DNA from: a virus
Lineage: Duplodnaviria > Heunggongvirae > Uroviricota > Caudoviricetes
Length of the DNA: 29,995 nt
Virus record (IMG/VR): IMGVR_UViG_3300031576_000015
Location: 1 to 29,995 of that record
Strand: one strand, 5' to 3'
In this document: positions 6,991-14,589 of the stretch, in pieces
How the letters are laid out: each line of letters starts with the position of its first letter
Position numbering within the stretch: position 1 is the first letter of the stretch
Notes under the pieces: generated by a model
What the model was told of the DNA's origin: nothing
Databases searched by the model: none
What the model saw: the letters and a program-made list of their open reading frames with translations, nothing else
Made by a program: the position numbers and the translations under genes

Positions 6991-7018
6991 ATTATACCAC
7001 AGGAATTGAGTTTGTCAA
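6991..7018 (-). promoter_or_regulatory. sigma70-type promoter P2 for the leftward operon
   Basis: TTGACA-16 nt-TATAAT with extended -10; near copy of P1. Confidence 0.9.
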
Positions 7019-7108
7019 GCCCGGGTTAGCCTTGAAGTTATCGATAGAACGGCCCATGGCAACCTTTAGAGAGGTTTGATGGGAGTGGAATGGTGGCCAA
7101 AGTGCCAC

Positions 7109-7136
7109 TTGACAAATGGGTTTTCCGTGGTATAAT
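7109..7136 (+). promoter_or_regulatory. sigma70-type promoter P3 for the replication operon
   Basis: TTGACA-16 nt-TATAAT with extended -10, divergent from P2. Confidence 0.9.
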
Positions 7137-7144
7137 GGTGGTAG

Positions 7145-7585
7145 ATGGAGGGAAATGAGCACATGGACAAGACGAAACCGCGAAAAGTTCATGCCCGAAC
7201 CGAGCCACTCCGTGTGTACTTGGCTGGCAATATGGAACTGCCCTGGCGCGCTCCCATAAAGAAGCGTCTCCAGGAGGCGGGAGCCGTAGTCTGGGAGCCC
7301 GCTGACAACCCCCAACAAAGCGCAGCTCTATACGTTCCCCTTGATCTAAAAATGGCTAAAGAGGCCGATGCCATCCTTGCATATGTCCCCAAAGGCCATA
7401 CGGCCCGGGGTACCCATGCCGAGATGGGGGTCGCTTTTGCCGAAGGCCACCCGATTTGGCTAGTCTGGCAGGACCTCCCCTGGGTCTACAGCTTCTCTGC
7501 CGTTATGGCCTACAAGGTCTACACAGAGCTGGAACCTGCTGTCGAGGATCTGCTGAAATTCGTGAAGCGGCGGGTGTTGGACTAA
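7145..7585 (+). CDS. Nucleoside 2-deoxyribosyltransferase / N-glycosidase family protein (Rcl/MilB-like)
   Basis: RVYLAG, DLKMAKEADAILA and GTHAEMGVAFAEGHP with the catalytic Glu; start 7145 or 7163. Confidence 0.85.
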   Translation: MEGNEHMDKTKPRKVHARTEPLRVYLAGNMELPWRAPIKKRLQEAGAVVWEPADNPQQSAALYVPLDLKMAKEADAILAYVPKGHTARGTHAEMGVAFAEGHPIWLVWQDLPWVYSFSAVMAYKVYTELEPAVEDLLKFVKRRVLD

Positions 7586-7679
7586 TGGCTGGCGAATCAC
7601 GCCGATCTTGGGCGGGAAAAAGGTCTTGGACAGGGTCGCCACAAAGGGACGCTCCGGACGCCCTGTGCCCCGCATGGGG

Positions 7680-8123
7680 ATGAACGCCGGTTGGGCAGGC
7701 AGGGGACCCGGTCGCGCGCAAGGTGGCGGCGGGTTAACCACAGGTTATGCGCCTCCAGCGCCTGATGAGACCAATCCTAAAGATCAGGTAGGCATCAAGA
7801 AACCCCGGCTGTACTTAGTGCCGCCGACCAGCATCATCTATCAGGCCCTGGCAATGCAGGACGGGGCGGCGAAATACGGCCCGTACAACTGGCGGGAGAA
7901 GAAGGTTGTTGCCTCCATCTACGTTGACGCGGCTATGCGGCATATCCTGGCCTGGGTAGATGGTGAGGAGGTGGCTCAGGATAGTGGCTATCCTCACCTG
8001 GCCCATGCCCTAGCCTGTCTCGGCATCATTGTCGATGCCCTAGAGACAGGCAATCTGGTTGACGACCGGCCCAAGCCAGGGGCGACGGCAGCTATCCTTG
8101 AGAGGTGGACTAAGAAGATATGA
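7680..8123 (+). CDS. DUF5664-type dATP/dGTP diphosphohydrolase domain protein
   Basis: NPKD..G.KKP.L.LVP, GAAKYGPYNWR, YVDAAMRH..AW.DGEE...DSG.PHLAHA motifs. The start is probably 7680 (ATGA coupling to a 32-aa ORF at 7585-7683); the track starts at 7608. Confidence 0.88.
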   Translation: MNAGWAGRGPGRAQGGGGLTTGYAPPAPDETNPKDQVGIKKPRLYLVPPTSIIYQALAMQDGAAKYGPYNWREKKVVASIYVDAAMRHILAWVDGEEVAQDSGYPHLAHALACLGIIVDALETGNLVDDRPKPGATAAILERWTKKI

Positions 8124-8193
8124 AGACAACAAGGACAGTAGCCAAGGGGCTGTCACAGGTATCGTTCCCATTTACCAGCCCGCAAACCTAAGA

Positions 8194-8505
8194 TTGGGGT
8201 GTGTCATCAGTAACATCTACGAAGTTGTGTGGAAAGAACATGAGGATCAGCCTTCGGTCACGGAATTGGTAGAGGCAGATCTTGTGGAGCATGCAGGTAA
8301 CATCTTAATCTTCGCCCAAATTGTGGAAGTGCCTACTGGTGAGCCAGAGGTGCATGTAGACCCCGATGAACTTGAGGGCGCTGACCCTCAGGAGATGTCG
8401 TTCTTCAAGAGAAAGAAGGTTGAACGATTACCACAGGTCGTATTCATGCTGCCTATCGCACGAATTGTGAGCGTGCGTAAGATAAAAAAGGTGATTGGCC
8501 ATTAG
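8194..8505 (+). CDS. Acidic hypothetical protein (start uncertain, 8059-8194)
   Basis: Open frame 8059-8505; TTG 8194 sits 2 nt after the stop of a 23-aa ORF coupled to the previous gene. Confidence 0.65.
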   Translation: MGCVISNIYEVVWKEHEDQPSVTELVEADLVEHAGNILIFAQIVEVPTGEPEVHVDPDELEGADPQEMSFFKRKKVERLPQVVFMLPIARIVSVRKIKKVIGH

Positions 8506-8523
8506 GCCCAACGGAGGAGACAC

Positions 8524-9117
8524 ATGAAAGCAACAGATGCTTTTGTCAAGGAGGACGAGCGCAAGGCCCGAGTGGTTGCTCAGGGAGACCGTCCACGGGT
8601 AAAGATTCCCTGGTTCAAGCTTGACGTAAATCAAAGTTCCAAGGTTCGGTTCCTGTGGGAGCTGACCGACGGTATTGGGCTGTTCCGGCACAGCCGTAAT
8701 GAGAAACCCTTTGCCGTGAGCTGTTTCCAGAACGAGGAGTATGTTGGCGACTCTGCTGGTGGGGACTGCCCGTTCTGTACTGAAGGTGCCCGCAAGTCTG
8801 TCGAGTTCTTCTGGATGGTGTACAACTACACCACCCAGCAGGTTGAGATCCTGTCGTTCCGAGACACAGCCTACACTCCAGTGGGTCTGCTTCGTTCCTT
8901 CTTCGAGGAGAACCAGACTGTGACCGACCGAGACTTCACGATCCGGCGCGTCCCGGCTGCTTCGCGTACCGGAGACGGCCGACAGGTATCGTCCTACATG
9001 GCCATCCCCAATGCCCCGTCCGGATTTCTGGTGACAAATCTCCAGGTGCCTGGGTCCGATGACCTGATCAACTACCTGCGGCCGTTTGAGCTTGGTCGTG
9101 GAGAGGGAAAGAACTAA
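8524..9117 (+). CDS. gp32-like single-stranded DNA-binding protein
   Basis: WFKL....KVRFL, H...C...DCPFC Zn motif, TVTDRDFTIRR and SY.AIP; SD GGAGGAG; lies upstream of the polymerase. Confidence 0.8.
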   Translation: MKATDAFVKEDERKARVVAQGDRPRVKIPWFKLDVNQSSKVRFLWELTDGIGLFRHSRNEKPFAVSCFQNEEYVGDSAGGDCPFCTEGARKSVEFFWMVYNYTTQQVEILSFRDTAYTPVGLLRSFFEENQTVTDRDFTIRRVPAASRTGDGRQVSSYMAIPNAPSGFLVTNLQVPGSDDLINYLRPFELGRGEGKN

Positions 9118-9120
9118 TAG

Positions 9121-9276
9121 ATGAAGGCTAGAACGTGCCGGGTCTGTGGGCAGTCTGTCCCGCGTAAGCGGAAGAACAAGAACTACATCCATCCTGCCTG
9201 TCGGCATGTCAAGAGGAGCAAGGTAGCATCCCGTGCTGAGAAGGCGGTAGCCTCGGGCAAGGTAACGAAGACATAA
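9121..9276 (+). CDS. Small basic Zn-finger protein (51 aa; not in ORF track)
   Basis: MKARTCRVCGQSVPRKRKNKNYIHPACRHVKRSKVASRAEKAVASGKVTKT*; CRVC-x14-HPAC; starts 3 nt after the SSB stop. Confidence 0.7.
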   Translation: MKARTCRVCGQSVPRKRKNKNYIHPACRHVKRSKVASRAEKAVASGKVTKT

Positions 9277-9281
9277 CTTAT

Positions 9282-9497
9282 ATGGTCACACCTGTTCAAT
9301 TTAACTTGTATCACGAGGCTGCCGCCGAAGCACGGCGGCGTACTGAGGCAGGTAACCCTTATCATGTCACTACTTTGCACTCGATAGATTCGTATTGGTA
9401 CGAACTGAAAGAGGGGCCAGATCCATATGCTTGGTCCTATCCAGATAAAGGTCGTCCGTTGGCCAAACAACGTCCGAAGGGAGGAAGTAATGTCTGA
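9282..9497 (+). CDS. Hypothetical protein (71 aa)
   Basis: Fills the operon gap on the co-directional strand. Confidence 0.6.
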   Translation: MVTPVQFNLYHEAAAEARRRTEAGNPYHVTTLHSIDSYWYELKEGPDPYAWSYPDKGRPLAKQRPKGGSNV

Positions 9498-9651
9498 TGC
9501 AGCGTCGGCTCATGAGTGGAGGGCCTTCATTGAAGGACGTTTCGGTAAGAAAAAGCCTATCCACATGACTGTGGAGGAAATCTCTCTAGTAGTCATGGTT
9601 GACATTCTTGAGGTGCTGGAAGGTATAGCGGCAGCACGTAAGGAGAACTAA
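9490..9651 (+). CDS. Hypothetical protein (53 aa)
   Basis: GGAGG SD, ATG 9490, MSDAASAHEW...RKEN*; TAATG overlap with the polymerase ORF. Confidence 0.7.
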   Translation: MSDAASAHEWRAFIEGRFGKKKPIHMTVEEISLVVMVDILEVLEGIAAARKEN

Positions 9652-12600
9652 TGGCTAGTTGCCCAATTCACCCTGGTTGCCATGCGTATGTGCCGTGGAA
9701 CGGGCCGGAGACAGCCCGTCTTGCCGTAATAGGCGAGGGCCCCGGGGCGCAGGAATTCCAGACCGGCCGACCGTTTGTCGGCCCTGCTGGGCATGTACTC
9801 GATACCGAGCTGGCCCGGGTAGGAATTCCTCGCTCCGAGGTCTTCGCCTACAATGCTGTGCCATGTTTTGGCAACACTATCCCGCGTACCCCTACGGAGA
9901 AAGATCTGAAGGTTTGGCGGCAACACCTCCTGGATAAGCTAATCGAGGTGAAGCCAGAGGTGATCCTCGCCGTTGGCGGGTGGGCGACGGGCGCCATTAT
10001 TGGCAAGCGTCGTATCACAACTGAGCAAGGGGCCGAGCGACGGGTACGACTGGCTCCCGACTACGAGCCTTGGGTCATGCCGTGCTTTCATCCGGCGGCA
10101 ACCCTCCACGACCCAAACAAGAAGCCCGACTTCATCAAGACAATTACCCGTACTGAACAGCTGCTCAATGGTAAGATCGTAGAGTGGTACGCGGGATACA
10201 AGATAGTTGATGATACCACCATTGCCGAGGCCGTGTCCGATCTGTCTGACACGGTTCTGTCCGTAGACATAGAGAGTGCTAAGAGCGAGGTTGTGGTAGT
10301 GGGTCTGGGTAATCCAGGCAGGCCTATTTGGGTCTTCCCAGTTGGGCACCCAGAAGTTGATCCTGCGGTCCAGGCACGGCTTCGTGCCGCTGTTCGTGGC
10401 ATTTTCGATGCTACCATGCGGGATGGAATCCGGGTGATGCACAATGGCAAATACGACACGCAGGCCCTAAAGGCAGAGGGCCTGATGTCTATGGCCGACC
10501 GGGGAGTTGATTGGGATGGGGTGTTGGTGGGCCATCTTCTGGATGAGACACGGGCGGACAAGGGGCGGTTGAAGCTGAAAGTCTTGGGGCAGGAGCTGTT
10601 CGGGATCCAACGGTATTGGACTGTCCCAATCTCGACCATGCACACCGTACAGCAGGGCAAGAAGACCGTTACGAAGCTCGTAGAGGTGCCATTGGATGCT
10701 ATGCTCCGCACTGGTCGGGCACGGGAAGTGCCTCTGGAGACCCTGGCGGAATACAATGCCCGAGATGTGGCCCTGACCCTCATGGTCAAGGATGCCTTTG
10801 ATAAGGACTTTCTGGCCGACCAAAAGTTGGTACGTCTGTACCAGAAGCTGGTTCTGCCGGCGTACCATGCCATGGAGCCTATCGAGAGGGCAGGCCTGCC
10901 TACGGATATGCCGACTTTGCAGAAGTTGGAAGTTGACTACGCTACTGATCTTGCCGGTATTGATGCCGAATTGAACCAGATGTTCTCTGGCGAGGTCAGC
11001 AATTGGAACTCCGACGCCCAGCTTCGCAAGCTGCTATTTGATAAGCTGGGGCTACCCGTTGTCCGGCGCACCACCATCGAAAACGAACCTTCGGTAGATG
11101 TGTCCTCTCTCATGCTACTGAAGGGGAATCACCCCGTCATCGACCTGTTGCTCCGTCGGTCAGAGGCGGACAAGCGGGTGACCACGGTCCAGACCTTGAA
11201 AGACCATATCGCGCCCGATGGTCGCATCCACCCTACCTTCGTAGTGGCCGGCCCTTCGACCGGGCGAACTTCGTCCCGTGACCCGAACGTACAGAATATA
11301 CCTCGGGGGAAGGGCATCCGGGACATCATCCGGGCGCGGCCAGGCTACAAGCTGGTGGAGCTGGACTTCAGTCTCATCGAGCTCCGGTGGGGAGCCCATG
11401 TTTACAATGAGCCGAAGCTGAAGTCCCTGCTCCAACAGGGCAAGGACTTGCACCGCTACACAGCATCGTTGGCCTATGGCAAGCCGATGGATGCCATTTC
11501 TTCTTCGGAGCGTACCCACGGAAAGACGGCCAACTTTCTTCTACTGTACGGTGGTGGCCCGGATAAGCTGTCCACCCATTTGCGGGATAACGGCGTTACC
11601 GAGCTGGAGGCACAGCAGGCTCTGGTGGCTATGGGTCAGATGGCTAATTCTGAAGACCCTATCTATTTCCTGGCCCTGGCGCTGTGGAAGGCGTTCCACC
11701 GGGCCTACCCGGCGCTGAAACCGGCACATGAGATGATCACAAGAGAGATCCGGCGCAACAAGACAGTGCGTACCCTGTTTGGACGGGTCCGTCGTCTACC
11801 TGGGATTGATTCAGCCAATCGCAAGGAAGCGATCCATGCTGCTCTGTCAGGTATCAACACCCTTGTACAGGGACCGGCCAGTGATACGATGCTATTGGCC
11901 TTACCCGGCCTAGTGGAGATGGCACCAAAGTATGGTGCCCTCATTGTGGACGTTGTACATGATGCCGTCCTAGCCGAAGTACCAGAGGACCAGGTCATAC
12001 CCTTCGCCAAGCACGCGAAGCAGATCCTGGAAACCCCCGACTTCGCCCAGTTCGATGTCACCTTTGACATCCCAATTCTGGTCGATGCCAAGGTTGGTCA
12101 TTCGTGGGGATCTCTGAAGGACTTAAGGGAGGAAAGTGAAGTGCCGCAAACATACGAAGTACAAGGCCCTACGGCCACCCCGGACCCGAAGGTTTTGCCA
12201 GAGGCGCCTGTGGAAGTAGAGCAAGCTCTCGAACCCTTCGCTGCGGCTCTGGCTTACCAGGCGCGTGGCTGGTCTGTCATCCAGCTCACGGCCCCAGGGC
12301 AGGGATTCCAGGCCGGAGGAAAGGCCCCGGCCATCAACTGGGAACCCTACCAGCATCGGCATGCCACCATACAGGAGATCCAAGCATGGTTCGGTAAGAG
12401 GGGTGATGGTGGTAATGCCGTACCCCATTCAAAGAATGGCAAGCACAACATTGGCATCGTTACGGGGTCCGTCTCGAAGCTAGTGGTCATTGACATCGAC
12501 CCGAAGAAGGGCGGACTGGACTGGTTGAAGGAGAAGAACCTCACGTCGCCTGCCACAGTACGAACTGGCGGCGACGGTCTGCATCTTTATTTCCACTATG

Positions 12601-13907
12601 AGGGGCCGCCCCTGACTAACCGAGCGGGAATGGCGCCGGGTGTGGACATAAGGGCCGAGGGCGGGCAAGTGGCCGCGCCGCCGAGCCTGCACCAGTCGGG
12701 CAAGCGGTACGTCTGGCTGACCCCGGATGGGCTATTGCCGGCAGAACTGCCGGAGCTGCCGGTGTGGTTGGCCGAGGAAATCAAGACTCGGGCCAACGTG
12801 CAGGCGGTCCCGATATCGGGCGAGGGCCGTAACATCCCGCCGGCGCGTATCGACGAGGTGGTGGATCAACTACTGCCCTACTACGTCGAAGGTCGGCGCC
12901 ACGACATGCAACTGGCCCTGGCCGGGTTTCTGGCCAAGCGCAACTACCAGATGGCCGACGTGGAGGATTTGGTGATTCGGCTGGCCAATGCGGCTGAGGA
13001 CACCGGTGAACTCAACGACCGTCTGATGGTTGTGCGGGATACCTATCGGAAGGTGACGGTTGGCGAGACCGTTGCTGGGAGTGACAAGCTGCGGGACTAC
13101 CTGCCAGCCGATGCACTGGACCGGCTCCTCGAGCTGTTTGGTTCTCTTAGGAAGGTGGGCGTTATCGAGGTTATGCACGGCCCAGATTTCGTTGCGAAGA
13201 AGCGGGAAGAGGTGAGCTGGCTCATTGATAAGCTGCTTCCAACGGCCGGTATTTGGATGATGTCAGGCCACCCTGGGGCCGGCAAGACGACCCTGGCTCT
13301 GCAGTTTGCCTTCAGTCTGGCCGCCGGTATGGACCTATGGGGATTGTACGCGGTCCCGAAGGCTGTGAAGGTGTTGTATCTCCAGGCCGACAACCCGCCC
13401 CACATGTTCGAGGACCTGGTTCGTCGGTTGTCACAGCGGATGCCAGGGGCCCTGGCCAACATGTACTTCTCCAATGTCACCAAGTCCATCAAAGTCAACA
13501 CTGAGCAGGGCTATGAAACTATGCGCCAGCTGGTTGAGCTGTATACCCCGGACATGATCCTTCTTGACACCATCCGGGATTTCCATAGTGCTAACGAAAA
13601 CGACCCCACGGCCGTGGCGGAAACATTGGATGCCTTGAAGTCGATCCGGGGTAACCGGTCGATCTCCGTCGGGTTCATCCATCACCACTCTAAGGGATCG
13701 GCTACTGAACGCATGCAGATAGAGAAGCACATGGGATCGATGCGGTTCGTCACCCCGGTGGACCTATCCATGTCCCTGACCTTCGATGAGAAGGAGATGG
13801 GCTATGTCATCCTACGGTTCACCAAGATTCGATGGGCGGCTGGGCAGCAGCCCGTAACTCTGCAACGGAGGGACAACTGGTACGAACACGTTGGCGGGGG
13901 TGTGTAA
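9651..13907 (+). CDS. Fused replication protein: family-4 UDG + 3'-5' exonuclease + family-A DNA polymerase + PrimPol + PriCT + AAA_25 helicase (1418 aa)
   Basis: UDG: GEGPG..E...G.PFVG.AG and HPAA. Exo I/II/III: SVDIES, HNGKYD, YNARD. PolA A/B/C: DFSLIELR, RTHGKTANF...YG, VHD. PrimPol: VVIDID, GLHLYF, DIRAEGGQVAAPPS. PriCT: EGRRHD..LALAG. Helicase: GHPGAGKT, ILLD. Confidence 0.93.
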   Translation: MASCPIHPGCHAYVPWNGPETARLAVIGEGPGAQEFQTGRPFVGPAGHVLDTELARVGIPRSEVFAYNAVPCFGNTIPRTPTEKDLKVWRQHLLDKLIEVKPEVILAVGGWATGAIIGKRRITTEQGAERRVRLAPDYEPWVMPCFHPAATLHDPNKKPDFIKTITRTEQLLNGKIVEWYAGYKIVDDTTIAEAVSDLSDTVLSVDIESAKSEVVVVGLGNPGRPIWVFPVGHPEVDPAVQARLRAAVRGIFDATMRDGIRVMHNGKYDTQALKAEGLMSMADRGVDWDGVLVGHLLDETRADKGRLKLKVLGQELFGIQRYWTVPISTMHTVQQGKKTVTKLVEVPLDAMLRTGRAREVPLETLAEYNARDVALTLMVKDAFDKDFLADQKLVRLYQKLVLPAYHAMEPIERAGLPTDMPTLQKLEVDYATDLAGIDAELNQMFSGEVSNWNSDAQLRKLLFDKLGLPVVRRTTIENEPSVDVSSLMLLKGNHPVIDLLLRRSEADKRVTTVQTLKDHIAPDGRIHPTFVVAGPSTGRTSSRDPNVQNIPRGKGIRDIIRARPGYKLVELDFSLIELRWGAHVYNEPKLKSLLQQGKDLHRYTASLAYGKPMDAISSSERTHGKTANFLLLYGGGPDKLSTHLRDNGVTELEAQQALVAMGQMANSEDPIYFLALALWKAFHRAYPALKPAHEMITREIRRNKTVRTLFGRVRRLPGIDSANRKEAIHAALSGINTLVQGPASDTMLLALPGLVEMAPKYGALIVDVVHDAVLAEVPEDQVIPFAKHAKQILETPDFAQFDVTFDIPILVDAKVGHSWGSLKDLREESEVPQTYEVQGPTATPDPKVLPEAPVEVEQALEPFAAALAYQARGWSVIQLTAPGQGFQAGGKAPAINWEPYQHRHATIQEIQAWFGKRGDGGNAVPHSKNGKHNIGIVTGSVSKLVVIDIDPKKGGLDWLKEKNLTSPATVRTGGDGLHLYFHYEGPPLTNRAGMAPGVDIRAEGGQVAAPPSLHQSGKRYVWLTPDGLLPAELPELPVWLAEEIKTRANVQAVPISGEGRNIPPARIDEVVDQLLPYYVEGRRHDMQLALAGFLAKRNYQMADVEDLVIRLANAAEDTGELNDRLMVVRDTYRKVTVGETVAGSDKLRDYLPADALDRLLELFGSLRKVGVIEVMHGPDFVAKKREEVSWLIDKLLPTAGIWMMSGHPGAGKTTLALQFAFSLAAGMDLWGLYAVPKAVKVLYLQADNPPHMFEDLVRRLSQRMPGALANMYFSNVTKSIKVNTEQGYETMRQLVELYTPDMILLDTIRDFHSANENDPTAVAETLDALKSIRGNRSISVGFIHHHSKGSATERMQIEKHMGSMRFVTPVDLSMSLTFDEKEMGYVILRFTKIRWAAGQQPVTLQRRDNWYEHVGGGV

Positions 13908-14131
13908 TGACGCCAACTAATAAGAGGTCATCCACTATACCGTCCTTCCCGAAGACGCGGGAGTACGCATGCAATAACTGTGGAAGGTCGCTGGCCCGGC
14001 GTCTTGGTTGGTTTGTGGTAGATTGGAACTCAAAGGACGATGCAGTAGAGTGTTTGTGCGAAGAGTGTTGGCAAGCATGGAAGACCATGCGGCGTATTGG
14101 CGGGCCGGAGGTTAATAGTGACACATCCTAA
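13907..14131 (+). CDS. Small Zn-finger protein (74 aa)
   Basis: TAATG coupling at 13907; CNNC-x23-CLCEEC. Confidence 0.75.
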   Translation: MTPTNKRSSTIPSFPKTREYACNNCGRSLARRLGWFVVDWNSKDDAVECLCEECWQAWKTMRRIGGPEVNSDTS

Positions 14132-14483
14132 ATTGATACGGCCTCCACTAGTGGAAGTAGAATGGATGGATGCGGTGGACCGTAAGTTCTCCGGTCCTGT
14201 GCCCGAGGCTATTCGGCGGGGCAGACTCTACCGTCGATTCCAGGCCGGGTACCTGATCCACCAAGATGAGGAAGTCACTCTGCTCACGCAGACCTGGGAT
14301 CCGCCCGACGTGACTGAACATGAGGAGGAGCCGCAGGTTGATGCCTTGACGGTGATCCCTACTAAGTGGATTGTGAAGATCAGGCATAGGATGAAGAAAC
14401 GTGAGCGACGAAAGGCCGAAGCGCCCAGTATGCTGCTCGAGTCGCTCGAAGGCCGGCGCCCGCCACTTCCAGTATCGGAGTAA
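14118..14483 (+). CDS. Hypothetical phage protein (121 aa)
   Basis: GGAGG-6 nt-GTG 14118; the VEVEWMDA...GYLIHQDEE...IP..WIVKI pattern is common in small phage proteins. Confidence 0.75.
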   Translation: MTHPKLIRPPLVEVEWMDAVDRKFSGPVPEAIRRGRLYRRFQAGYLIHQDEEVTLLTQTWDPPDVTEHEEEPQVDALTVIPTKWIVKIRHRMKKRERRKAEAPSMLLESLEGRRPPLPVSE

Positions 14484-14493
14484 TGTTACCTTG

Positions 14494-14575
14494 CGCCCAA
14501 GGGCGATCCCGCCAAGCTGGCGGGATTCCTGGCGGGATCCTCGATTTAAAAACAAAAGACTAGGCTTTCGCCTAG
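14494..14575. repeat. Cluster of inverted and direct repeats
   Basis: CGCCC-AA-GGGCG (14494-14505); GATCCCGCCA (14505-14514) complementary to both 14518-14527 and 14530-14539; CTAGGC-TTTC-GCCTAG (14560-14575). Confidence 0.7.
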
Positions 14576-14589
14576 CCATTTATGATTGC

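Noticed and set aside
8059-8193. Programmed -1 frameshift from the 23-aa ORF at 8120 into the 8059-8505 frame
   Set aside because: No X XXY YYZ site; re-initiation at TTG 8194 is simpler.
9599-13590. Additional TTGACA hexamers (9599, about 13564) as internal promoters
   Set aside because: No -10-like hexamer at 16-18 nt.
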